Shown here: in pieces, positions 22,701 through 31,400 of the stretch
Layout of the letters: each line of letters begins with the position of its first letter
How positions within the stretch are numbered: position 1 is the first letter of the stretch
Source of the DNA: a virus
DNA: 64,000 nucleotides
Direction: 5' to 3' (one strand)
Virus record (IMG/VR): IMGVR_UViG_3300046820_001014
Span: 1 to 64,000 of that record
The notes under the pieces: model-generated
The model's database searches: none
What the model was told of the DNA's origin: nothing
What the model saw: only the letters and a program-made list of their open reading frames with translations
Made by a program: the position numbers and the translations under genes

Positions 22701-25700
22701 ACTTATCTCTCAGGTGCTGATTATGATGTGGATAGTTTATTCTTTCAAAGATATGGTTTCTATAAAAATAAAGAAGGTAAATTAGGTCAAGTACAACTAG
22801 ATGCTAATACTTACTTCTCTACAATTATGGATAACAAGATTGTTAAGGATTACATGAAGATGAATAATCCAGAGTTAGATGTTATTAAAGTAGACATTGC
22901 TAAAAATAAAGCTGCTGTTAAAGCTTATAATATTAAACTTAGAGAATATGAAACTAATCCTCCGTCAAATTTAGAGCTTATAAAAAGTGCACAATTTAAT
23001 TTAGCTGAGGCTAAAAGTTATATAAAACTTAGACAAAGAGATTTATATAATCAAAGTAGACAAGCACTTACAAGTATACTTGAGACATTAGGTTTTCCAA
23101 CTACTGAAAAAGAGTTTAGAGCTTTAGATAGTAAAGAAAAAGCTACTTTTATTAAGGATTATAGTAATAACTCACTTCTTTCTACACGTTTAAATATTCT
23201 TACTTCTAGTTTTGAAGGTAAGTTTGCTCCTGCTATTGATAAGTTTCAAGAAATATCTAAAATAGATGAAGGTAAATTTGCTAAGTATTTTCCTAAAGCT
23301 AAGGAATCTAAGATATATACCTCATTTGTTACATTCTTTAAACACTATCTAAATAACTACTCAGGAGGTAGAGCTATTGGTGCATCAGCAAATGGTAATA
23401 AAGTATTTGCTAACTTGCATGCTACTAATAGTACTATCTCTGAGACTCTTAAAGGTGATCTTGTAAGAAGTATTAATAGAGAACTATTTACTGATACTAA
23501 TCAAATATATGGTGTAGATTGTCCATTTATAGAGGTAGATGGGAAAATAAGATTTGGTGTTTTAGGTAGTGATTCTAAAGCAGATAATCTTTCTTCTGCA
23601 GTATCTATGACTGTAGATAATGTTAAGGAACAGACTCTTGTTAAGTTTAACTTAAATGATAAAACTATGCCACTACTTACTACTGCTTTTGGTATAGGTA
23701 TTGGTAATAATGTAATGGCAGCATTCCTATTAAATCCAATAACAAAACTATTCTCTCAAACTTTCATGAAGAAATCTTCTGCATTTGGAGAGAAAGGAGT
23801 TACTATGAGAACTGTTATTGCTGGTATGCAAACTGATGTACAAACTGAGTATTCTAGACCAGTTGATGCTGAAGGACTTTATCAAATAAATCAATCTAAC
23901 TTAAATGATTTCTTAAGTGATGCTACAGAAGATACTGCTAGAAAACTAGAGATACTTACTAAGTTTGTAAATGGAGATATTAAACTACAACAACTTGAGG
24001 ATGCAGATAAACAATTTATAGAAAGACAATTTGCATTACTTGATTTATACTCAAGTATTGCTGAGATTGCTGAAGACTCATTTGTAATTAATACTCTATT
24101 AAACTTAAATAAAGAACTTGGAGAACAATCTTCTGATGTAGATTATGTTCTTGCTAGATTTGATAAAGCTAAAAAAGGTGATGATCCTGAGGGGATGCCT
24201 CCATCAAGATTCTCATTTGATTATAAAATAACTTCTTCTGTACAAGCTAATATTAATAGTGTTGTTACAGCAAAAAAACTTCTTGATGAGAATTTATTAT
24301 TCTATGGAGAAAACATGCAAGAACTATTTAAGAATGTAGATAATGTATGTTTAGGAACTCCTAATAGTAAATCAGATTTTGAGAGTAGAGTAGAGATGAA
24401 GAAAGAATTCTTGAACTTTCTTACTATTAGAGCTTACTCTAGATTTAATCAAAGTTCTATGGATATTAATAATCTTGATTTGATTAAGGGAGGACTTGTT
24501 AAAATGTATGAGGAAAATAAAGATGCTATTCTTAAATATCCTTTTGGACAAATGCTTAAGCCTCTTGAACCTACAAGACAATATCCATTTGGAAGACTTG
24601 GTGTAGATTCTTTTAAGAAACTAGATCCAAGAAAGAAAGATGATATTATGGATAGTTTTGCAGGTATGCTTATTGATCCAGAAACTAAAGAGTTTGCAAT
24701 TGGATTACTATCCTTTATAGCTTCTCATGATAACTTTAGATTCTTAGGACAATCTGCAGTATCATTTATGAGACCAAGTATCTTTAATGCTCTTAATGAG
24801 ATTGTTAAAGGAACAGATTCTTTAGATGGTGTAGAAGAGTTCTTTGTACAAACAGATAAAGGTAAAGTTATAGATACACAGAAAGTAGCATCTAGTTTAA
24901 CTGATGATGGAAACTTTGATAAACTGTTTAAAGATTATCTCTCATTCTGGTTCTCTGATAATAGAAATGCTAAGAAACTTGATAAACTTACAAGTAAATT
25001 ACTTAAGAGTAAAGGTGGAGAACTTTATATAGAAACTAAAGATATTAAGAATATTCCTTTAGTAACATTCTTTAGTACTGAAGATGGTAGAGTTCCTGTA
25101 ATATTAGAAGGTAAGGCAGGAGGTAAAGCTTACTATAAAGTTATTAGAAGACCTAAGAATGGAACTAGTTTAAAACTTTATCAACTTACTAATACTGATA
25201 GTGCAAACTTTATTGATAGTGCTGCTAAAGCAACAACTCCTAGTCCTGAGGTTACTGCAAAAATCATTAGTATGATTAATAGCATAACTACTCTTCCAAG
25301 ATTAGAAGGATATATAGAAACTCAGAAAACTCAGTTTGATGCTCTTAATGATGAGATTATAAATGCTCTTAATGCTAAAAGAGCTGCATTAGGAAATGTA
25401 ACTACTACTCCAACATCTACTCAACCAAATAATACAAATAAACCTGAATTTGATAAACTTCCAAGTAAGTCTGCAACACCTACTATGACTTATGCAGGTA
25501 TAGGATCTAGACAATCTCCACAAGATGTTCTTAATTTAATGACTGAAGCTGCTAAATATCTTGAAACTAAAGGTTACACACTTAATACAGGAGTAACTTT
25601 TAATGGAAAAGAAGAAGGAGCTGATGGAGCATTCTCTAAAGGAACTTCTAAAAAGAATTTATTTTCTCCAGAAAATCAAGGTTCTAGAACAAAAGAACAA

Positions 25701-27923
25701 ACTATTGCTAAAGAAGTTCATCCTAATCCAAATGCTTTATCAGCTGCTGCATTAAAACTTATGGCTAGAAATACTAATCAAGTATTTGGTGAGAATTTAG
25801 ATACTCCTGTAGATTTTGTTTTATTCTATGCTAAAGAAAGTGGAGGTATCAGACCTGAAGGTGGTACTGGACAAGCTGTAGAAATGGCTAGAAGAAAAGG
25901 TATTCCTACTATTAATATGGCTGATGATAATTGGAGAGATCAATTAAAAACAGTTATTAGTAAAAAAACTACTAAACCATCTGAAGTTAAACCAGTAGTA
26001 ACACAAACTAATATACCTCCTGTACCAACAGGAAAAGCGTCTTTTAGTTATAAAAATAAAGAAATTGCTACTGAGTTTCCTTTATCTCAAGATCAAAATA
26101 CAGCTCTTGGTAAACTTGTAGATTTTGTAAATGCTCCTAGTAAAGATGTTATAACTCTTGAAGGTGCAGCTGGTACAGGTAAAACTACAATCATTGGATA
26201 TTTGCAAAAGTATTTTAAAGACTCTTCAAGTTTTGTTTATATGGCTCCTACACATGCAGCCACTGCAGAACTTGCTTTTGCTACTGTTAAAACAGGTAAT
26301 AACTCTCTTCCTGCAACAATACAAAGTTCTATTACTACTGATAAAATAACTAAACAACCAACTTTTACTGTAAAAATTAGAAGACGATTGGGAATAAATC
26401 CAGTTATTGTTGTTGATGAAAGTTCAATGCTTGGAGAAAAAGAAATCAAAGATCTTTTGATTGCTTCTAAAAATAATGGAGTTAAAGTTATTTTTATGGG
26501 AGATGAGAAACAGATTCCTAAAGTAATGCCTTCGGCAAAAGATGTTAAAGCTCTTTCACCGGCATTTACTGATTTTGATAAAGTTAGTTTACAATATGTT
26601 CATAGAACTAGCAATCAAAATATTTTATCTCTTCTTTCTGAAATGAGGAATAGTAAAACTTTTAATGTTCCTAGACCTGCAGAAAATACTAACTCTTTGC
26701 AATTCTTAGATAACTTTATTGAGTTTAAACAAAAGTTTATTGATGATTTAATGGTAGATCCTGAGAATACAGTAATGATTACTTATACCAATAGAGCAGT
26801 TAAAGATTATAATACTGATGCAAGAAAAGCTTTTGGTAGAGAAGGTGACCCAGTTGTTGGAGATGTTATTACTGGATACTTAGGGTATGCTAGTAAACAG
26901 ATTGAGAAAAAAGATATTGCTAATAGTATTCAATATACTATTACAGGAATCTTAAATAATGGTTCAGCAAAAGTTATTCAAGCAGAATCTTCAAGGTTGA
27001 AAAAACTTGCAGAAAGTGGTATTGAAGTTCCTCATGAGGCAACTACAATTTATTATCAACTATCAAGAAATGATAGTTTTGCTTTTGATGATTTAACTCT
27101 TGATGATTATCAAAATAATAATAAATATGTTTCTGGTATTTTTAGAGATTTACATAATATAACTCAAGCATTCTTAAATAAACAAGCTAGATATGAAGAT
27201 TTACTAGCAGCTCAAGCTAGTGTTTCTGAGCAAATGAGAAAAATTTCTCTTGGTCAAAATTACATCTACAATCCTAAAACTGATAGAATGGAAATATTTG
27301 ATCAGATGACTCATGAAAGTATTGATTCTAAATTAAAAGTTGAGAAGGATATAGATTATGGGCATGCTATAACTATACATAAATCTCAAGGTACAACTAT
27401 TGGTAATGTATACTTTGATTTAGCTTCTGTTAAAAGAATTAGTGATCTTAAAATTGTAGATAAAGCAGGTAACATTGTTACTACTGAAAAACAAGCTCTT
27501 GCTTATGTAGGTTTATCTAGAAGTAAGAATAAACTTATAGTATTTGATGGTGCTGGACAAGTAGGAATTAATTTTTTTAATGAAGATGAAGATGGTAATG
27601 TTCCTTCTAAAGAATCTTATACACCTACTAAAGAAGAACTTACAAACCTAAAACCAGCATTTAATCCTTGGGGAAATATTCCACCAACAGGTAATGGAGG
27701 ACCTATTATGGCAAAACTAAATAGAAGTCTATTTGGATTACCAGAACCTCAAGATGCTGGTCCTAAGCAAGTTAATGTTGATGCTGTTAATATTGTTATT
27801 GATAAAATAAAATCTAACTTTGCATTGTATAAAGATGTTCTAGGTGTTGAAAACGTAGAACAGTTAGATAACATGAATAGCTCTCAAGTAGCTACCTTAA
27901 TTAAAAACTTTTGTAAGATATGA
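13785..27923 (+). CDS. Giant virion protein: crAss-type DNA-dependent RNA polymerase fused to zincin peptidase, SLOG-like and SF1B helicase domains
   Basis: WHEAFH (18771-18788); 'GFRIPTQ' and GADYDVD (DxDxD at 22719-22733); 'YAGIGSR..GGTGQAV' (about 25485-25920); Walker A GAAGTGKT (about 26163), 'VVDESSM', 'HAITIHKSQG'. Confidence 0.85.
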   Translation: MIENNKPTVSKRVLDFSPASFNTGMEGSQYKRDLSPFEKSQDVLASSQGFWDASGNFLANIVGSTAINTAGLGASLYGVGKAIGTGEFKNIWDNELSQGLDKVQKGLDEITPFYNSEKEDKAGLFSTDYLTSAGFWGNTVGKGVSFIAGAYLGGASLAKGGSMALKGMSRASKSFGKLVNGEEATSGLINAAKQGNIPGWIERAGKSSTIKNAASFYAQKISGNMFEAGMEAKGVKEEILRGKEEEYAKLHPSAPVAPEWLKKEWDEDSSTFGNVAFGLNMLLLQIDGLGLNKTMYGYKTTKRSIEAAKDAAGKFVELSAKRKMLNKAGRIIGGGLEEAAQEGGQFIVEKTSTELGVNDKAKNFADYVNAGFKGLEQTLGTKEGQESMLAGFLLGGGGRAVGELKGATERNLQNKIGIEALNKYMLKDTIKPLVDLAGKSFDDGSGQILENATEVNDKKLFHDTKAKDFFNWASTRIEMGRYEDAVDELTQLKNTPVDVLDGIYPNHNLTEAKKHMMFDGLLNDMKDLNSMQSDVEINFGNSPYKKNILNTAYRIKNIDRRIKEMSTKDKSMLDIYHDEDLQNLLAEKEELSRDLAILMMTRPKPSSNTQEEKTAADNTDTNKALAPTNNTPTSTPDDIVSKQERKENSVGTKIPGMGVITNINNNIATIKDEKGNITHEELDNLPNEAFDEKIFTPEPTEDDEENRMLPDYKHPDTKKKDVSFVDPEINTEDPNYQFSGKEEFVQVSDFGLTNLDKMDGGLSESDAALVPEITALKEGILDKQVEFDNLDFNYSQDDSGRTSVTTGTKGQTTKNKIGYIPNINTQLAGNAKEGSKRSILQFMMDYFNKLAGTNRKKNKNSFIPVIQGIRSLLEKAGLDITPYMRPHSRIRRGVTQLNEVLQSPRFLVQGKLAMSFFKDGIYQPDPSLPKDLQDLIKTQLQLPHNQNNLGTQYVLMVERPGQKGVYTFIGVKGRKLSADEKQAYATRIAENPQGVVQLLNKELFISSEGDQIQGNDGKTYPLHYEFDRYEEKNANGEVTKAGKLYVKRFIKGTIDNSPIKDKRRSTISIQEALDRASVRTAPTVDEAFTPENLAKLQINTDKQLFDLYFQFDAKKFVAEHPLEFNEGDIINKAQQESDEKKVSDNVKYYNTMTNRLKQLAGPLYNSIKEKIKTFQENGEKFKFGKETALLFPKGQQEILGNLLYEFEENFNPETNEFPIYFYEDDITTEQPPVNTGTKAGWANNLSSIKNELSKLKNKEEKLQWLADNNYLDPFTQDGKTSNYLRNATGRVITKIKIGNITIPFYISTGQGGKTDVEVDKWYVFFGQGNNGWFNKTSGPDMNKQYGVKIFQDIANILNEVGSKKDEYKVHQDSKGFMDLKWTNTAEDQLQTVIDFITPVQPTIINGELRATPEQIIQLKQNIQTVKDRVTAELTALENKQVTQQPTEDNKLTVNVAKQIETALLNNVDIDNIVDRVKDAKEIIAAFDWALKSFPESVISEFVKGSISARDQLLSQVRSFIKQNEQPTQEPEVIIVGKAKIIKNSDGTYAVLDENDEVMLEGGTIEEANQAAKNINDFDELFGQGNTQGKDDLDPDTKAKLLKEIEETAPEEKEKILREVAVFENELARILPGIKVNIDFTKGHSYYRNAVITLTSGQVSRAKWHEAFHAIFDCFSPEEKNRAIRIAAENFAINPTELLMYKTFYDELYNKELALFQSKQTSKEPKKLTEEELVRIMYEEKIADLFQDYMENRPVERGLFQRFFDAIAKFIMHILGRTDEAPFTALFDSINRGDFANRNPNLGQEGIKLKLPNSSSAQSRQLVANLGVQTIQELRDSPRTDVGIFIKGQIEKYRTMYSNNISAKITDLKKKLVSGSITKEQLIEQVRILTNTRQIIDINNLYPPMLAAENETLIIDAVKKFGNLTDKYEVELEENDEDNTEAIKNLSLMESNMDELIEAQAVQQRISYLHYLDESGMVTAVDGKSLYDNLKMNLEGLENEQFIPVLEKLASSKKETPYTKSMKEFLKLFKADQTFRTQCYNAFSNYFVPSYSSKIDIAATLVDEETGKSTRGFESKVYANNAENYVETQMDTWRAQLFGKTLERIESPEDLLKYITIQDEVFDSPAGIPLIESLINSINNKLATRTSVDIINMITTGKDNITLQKLAAENIQYRMDLGDLTYKFGGKNFYSMLKQNYVFKQLKNSEKYKGKWGVFTGVNFRLKTDSKAEQELYKEIDPATYFLTNLQLYGDQDKNGNSWYIPQQMENKSTVVIVKGKGKSKTDLSPAITEEITRQTALIDRYIKELKSGKSLIKGFHTYDKVPAEIKSLKNFANTPEFISSLIEKGVKRELLPRAYQYINIVGANETLSTQKPTYNESLTLNFIRDEVLDIKDIITELGLPDEILAKTLKIGKQEDVNKTLINFAISQYLNRMEMLAAMNPELTKYKDFVDITKRGAGLLLAGPSHYNADRPATFGTVVLKDVEYTINKNTMERDSLDGLIDEEEIKEKKKLLKEIKATDGQSIETIGRRLDRHLRLGRASEDPNNDFYKKAEILQAYKDDDRAKIAELDSGDMALMVDKTGGFDGKKYIKTSIFPLTRSFTSMQVPAGTEGAVVDTYNGKSYLPYPHRIESYNQFNKLQALEVEVTNTKRASGEIKKTDNIYFEAHFASAIKLGLTDINPLDAEKYEYSEYNNADYRLQQENPSGKDEIKDGTQLIQLIGAFLPDDIQFSGDFKEYIGPNARQEILKDMSRMLADLREFDRRMIPNAFKKLQLLGEKNGGIYVPFIKYLQDSKETSSGSDNDSEFLASKDGEFIYSQNMPNLINGYEQAFISYFNKNLFSQKTPGGKATLVAATYSEVMELNGEVISTWEFENKLTAEERAQVTTRPLKCHKPSGNLEDTYAEVVLSEEYLEDILDISLEEYHNLASEMKEKVKTILGFRIPTQSHHSMMPCKVVDFAPRHYGSIVIAPAEITYLSGADYDVDSLFFQRYGFYKNKEGKLGQVQLDANTYFSTIMDNKIVKDYMKMNNPELDVIKVDIAKNKAAVKAYNIKLREYETNPPSNLELIKSAQFNLAEAKSYIKLRQRDLYNQSRQALTSILETLGFPTTEKEFRALDSKEKATFIKDYSNNSLLSTRLNILTSSFEGKFAPAIDKFQEISKIDEGKFAKYFPKAKESKIYTSFVTFFKHYLNNYSGGRAIGASANGNKVFANLHATNSTISETLKGDLVRSINRELFTDTNQIYGVDCPFIEVDGKIRFGVLGSDSKADNLSSAVSMTVDNVKEQTLVKFNLNDKTMPLLTTAFGIGIGNNVMAAFLLNPITKLFSQTFMKKSSAFGEKGVTMRTVIAGMQTDVQTEYSRPVDAEGLYQINQSNLNDFLSDATEDTARKLEILTKFVNGDIKLQQLEDADKQFIERQFALLDLYSSIAEIAEDSFVINTLLNLNKELGEQSSDVDYVLARFDKAKKGDDPEGMPPSRFSFDYKITSSVQANINSVVTAKKLLDENLLFYGENMQELFKNVDNVCLGTPNSKSDFESRVEMKKEFLNFLTIRAYSRFNQSSMDINNLDLIKGGLVKMYEENKDAILKYPFGQMLKPLEPTRQYPFGRLGVDSFKKLDPRKKDDIMDSFAGMLIDPETKEFAIGLLSFIASHDNFRFLGQSAVSFMRPSIFNALNEIVKGTDSLDGVEEFFVQTDKGKVIDTQKVASSLTDDGNFDKLFKDYLSFWFSDNRNAKKLDKLTSKLLKSKGGELYIETKDIKNIPLVTFFSTEDGRVPVILEGKAGGKAYYKVIRRPKNGTSLKLYQLTNTDSANFIDSAAKATTPSPEVTAKIISMINSITTLPRLEGYIETQKTQFDALNDEIINALNAKRAALGNVTTTPTSTQPNNTNKPEFDKLPSKSATPTMTYAGIGSRQSPQDVLNLMTEAAKYLETKGYTLNTGVTFNGKEEGADGAFSKGTSKKNLFSPENQGSRTKEQTIAKEVHPNPNALSAAALKLMARNTNQVFGENLDTPVDFVLFYAKESGGIRPEGGTGQAVEMARRKGIPTINMADDNWRDQLKTVISKKTTKPSEVKPVVTQTNIPPVPTGKASFSYKNKEIATEFPLSQDQNTALGKLVDFVNAPSKDVITLEGAAGTGKTTIIGYLQKYFKDSSSFVYMAPTHAATAELAFATVKTGNNSLPATIQSSITTDKITKQPTFTVKIRRRLGINPVIVVDESSMLGEKEIKDLLIASKNNGVKVIFMGDEKQIPKVMPSAKDVKALSPAFTDFDKVSLQYVHRTSNQNILSLLSEMRNSKTFNVPRPAENTNSLQFLDNFIEFKQKFIDDLMVDPENTVMITYTNRAVKDYNTDARKAFGREGDPVVGDVITGYLGYASKQIEKKDIANSIQYTITGILNNGSAKVIQAESSRLKKLAESGIEVPHEATTIYYQLSRNDSFAFDDLTLDDYQNNNKYVSGIFRDLHNITQAFLNKQARYEDLLAAQASVSEQMRKISLGQNYIYNPKTDRMEIFDQMTHESIDSKLKVEKDIDYGHAITIHKSQGTTIGNVYFDLASVKRISDLKIVDKAGNIVTTEKQALAYVGLSRSKNKLIVFDGAGQVGINFFNEDEDGNVPSKESYTPTKEELTNLKPAFNPWGNIPPTGNGGPIMAKLNRSLFGLPEPQDAGPKQVNVDAVNIVIDKIKSNFALYKDVLGVENVEQLDNMNSSQVATLIKNFCKI

Positions 27924-28411
27924 AATTAAATAAAAAAATTATAGATCTTCTAAATTATAGAATTCAACAAGAAGAAGCATCAGCTAGAGTTTATGAACAA
28001 TTTGCTTTATGGTTAGATGATAAAGGTTTTAAAAACTTTGCAGCATTGTATTACAAGTATGCTCATGAAGAGTTGACTCATGCTAAATTTGCTAAAGATC
28101 ATCTTCTTGCATTTGGTGTGCAACCGGAGTTAACAAAACTTCCTGCTCCTGATTATGAGTTTAATTCTTTAAAAGATATTCTAGAACTTACCTTAGAACA
28201 TGAGCAAGAAATTACTAGGCAATGTAATGAGTTAACTAAGACTGCTGCTGCTTTAGATGATTTTCCAACTATGACTTTAGGTATGAAGTATTGTGCTGAG
28301 CAAGTAGAAGAACTTGATAAAGCTCAAACTTTTGTAGATCAAATGGAAACCTTTGGTGATTCTAAAGAAGTTATGATTACTCTTGAGCACAATGTTAAAG
28401 ACATGCTATGA
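27920..28411 (+). CDS. ftn: Ferritin
   Basis: 163-aa four-helix pattern with ferroxidase residues 'QEE', 'EELTHA', 'EHE', 'EQVEE'. Confidence 0.85.
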   Translation: MKLNKKIIDLLNYRIQQEEASARVYEQFALWLDDKGFKNFAALYYKYAHEELTHAKFAKDHLLAFGVQPELTKLPAPDYEFNSLKDILELTLEHEQEITRQCNELTKTAAALDDFPTMTLGMKYCAEQVEELDKAQTFVDQMETFGDSKEVMITLEHNVKDML

Positions 28412-31400
28412 TTAGTTGTCCAAATAAAAACTCTAAAGCTTGGAAATCTCTTGTAACTGCAAGAGGTGAGGAGATGTCTTATGTATTATGGAATGCTTAT
28501 GATGGAGATGTTCCTGAAAGTGAGTATTTTGTTGAGGAAGAACCTTCTGTACCTAAGTTTAAATTAGAGAATAAACCTGTATATACCTTAGAAGAAAATC
28601 CTGAAAGGAAACAAAGATTTCTTGAACAACTTAAAGTAGGTAATGCTATCTCATTTGAGTATTGGAGTAATATTTCTAAAGAAAGAGCTAAAAGAAGAAG
28701 TATTACAGTAATGGATTATGATCTGGATGCTGGATTTATTGTAGGATATGAGGATGGTGTTGAGAAGAAATTTTTAATTAATAATATAATTGATAGAACT
28801 AATCCTCTATCTAATAGATTAAATAATGAAGAAGTTGTAGAGTTTACATCATCATTAGAAGTAGGTAAAGCAGTAAGTTTCTTTGATGACTTGAGTGGTA
28901 ATGTTGCAGAAAGAATACTTCTTGTAGAATCTTTTGATGAAGATGGAGTTACAGGTATTGATGTAACTTCTGAAGAAAAAGTTACTATTCCTTATACTAG
29001 TATTGTACAAAGAGATACTATTGAGAATGAGCAGAAAGTTTCTGATTATGTAAGAAAGATTAGAGGTGTAATCTCTACTCAGTTACAATATCTTAAACCT
29101 AGAATTAAAGATGCTGCTGATCAAGATTTATATAACAGTATTCTTGAATCACAAGATGCACTTAATGATTATAAAGGTGTAGAACAATTAGAAAGCTTAA
29201 TTACTTTTCTTAAGGAGATTGATAATAACATTAAGAAGATTAAAGTCCTTATTGATAATATTGAGAATAAAGGTGGAGACATTCCATCTCAACTTAGAAG
29301 AATTGGATTACTAAAAGATTTTATTGATGGGCATAAAGACATTGAGAAGATTCTAAATCCTCTTAAAGAGTCTAATCCTAATAGTCAAATGAATGAGGTG
29401 GTAAATAATATTATTGCTAACATTCACTCAGCTGAAGTATATTACTTTAATACAGCTAGACCAAAGTTGGCTAAGTGGTTATATGATCATATGAGCCCTG
29501 AGTTAAATGATAACCTTAAGAAATATGGAATGGAGGTTATTACTATCTCTTCTCTTGAGAAGTTCTTAGCTAATCCTAATAATGACTTGACATGGATGGA
29601 TACATTTCTTGTAGCATCTTCTAATGTTAATGATAGTGTAACTAGTTTATTCTCACTTGCTCTTAAGAGATTATATAATATGGCAAGAAAGATGAATATT
29701 GCTTATAAGACATATCTTATGCCACTCTTTGATAGTTTTTCTAAACAAGGATATAAAGGTATGGTAGACTCTTATAGAAAAATGTTTTTCTATGAAGTTA
29801 TACAAACTTCTAATGGTCCTATTGCTAAGAGAAGATGGGTTACTGAGTTTAATGATTATATCTATTATGGTAAACTAAATGAGTTTAAAAGAAAACTTAC
29901 AGAATTAAATACAGCTTCATTATCTGCAGAAAATCCTAGACAAGCTGAAGCACTTAAAAGACAAGCTGATTCTTTAAAGTTAGAAAGAGATGCTTATATT
30001 AAGAGATGTAACATTAAACTTAACTTTAATCAAGCTAAAGAAATGATGGAAACTCTTCAAACTGAGGATCCTAATAAATTTAGAGATTTACTTAATAATA
30101 GATTTAACTTTAAATTAGCTGCAGTTACTGAGAAGAGTGTTAATGAGGATGGGTTTAAAGCTCCTGCTAACTCTCTTCTTGTAGATGGTAGATACTATGT
30201 ATATACCGGTGGTATGCAAATTCTAAATAAAGAACTATTTAGAAATACTCAATATGAGGCACTTAAGAATGATGCTACAGCATTCCCTATGTATGAGTAT
30301 CTTAAGAAAGTATATGATGAGTGTGAGAAAAAACTTCCTATAAAACAAAGACTTGGAGGATATGTACCTGCACAAGGTAAGACTAGTACTAAAGAAGATA
30401 TTAAAGAATTTATGTCTCTTGAGGAAAGTGCTAAGTACAGTAGTAATCTAGTAAAATTAGATGGAGATGTTTATAAAGAAATACCTTTATACTTTGAGAA
30501 ACCTAGTGTTAAAGTACTTACAGATAATGTAGATATTAATATGCTTGATGGTAATACAGACTTAATTGATGATAGTAATATTGATAATAATATGATTAAG
30601 GCAGTCCTTAATTATGCTGCACAAGCTAATATGTATAAATCATTAGATACTAGTATAGGTAGTATTACAGCATTTCTTGATACTGTTAAAACAAATGCTC
30701 CTAAGAATCCTGATGGTAGTAACATTGGTACTAATAGAAGATATGATAAATGTGTAAATCTTGCTAACCAACTTGTGTATGGTGAGAAAAAAGAAGCTCC
30801 TACGTTCTGGACAAGACTTGTAGATATTCTTGGAAAGATTACACAGTTTGTAAACTTAGGTTTTAGTCCTGCTGTTTATATCAATAACTTTATCATGGGT
30901 AATGTAGCTAATTTGTCTGAGGCTCAAGGTGGTAGAAACTTTAATAAGAAAGAATTAGCTCTTGCTAATAAGGAATTTTTTAAATTGATTCCAAACTTTA
31001 TTAAAGATAAAGAGAACTCTAAGCTTTATAAGATAATTACTAGGTATGATGCTATTCAAGGAGAGTTTAATACAGAATTGGGTAAAGGATTTGGTAGTAC
31101 TTGGAGTAACTTAAAAGAAGAAAGTTTCTATGCATTTACAGGTAGTAATTTGGGAGAACTTGAGATACAAGGAACTTCAATGATTGCCCTTATGATGGCT
31201 AGAGGTTTATGGAATAAGTTTGATGAGAATGGAAATCCTACTGAAGAAATAGGGGCTAGAGAAGAAGAAACTTTTATGAATGTTCTTCATGAGTTAAATA
31301 AAAGTAATCATGGTGTATACAATGATTTTGATAGATTATATCTACAACCTAATGCAATCTTTAGATTGATGTTACAATATAGAAAATATGTTGTACCTAC

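Noticed and set aside
1463-26449. Antisense and alternate-frame ORFs in the track (e.g. 1665-2135, 2205-2501, 10446-10895, 15090-15329, 26237-26449)
   Set aside because: They lie within or across long genes on the other strand or frame and have Ser/Ile/Phe-rich shadow composition with no motifs.
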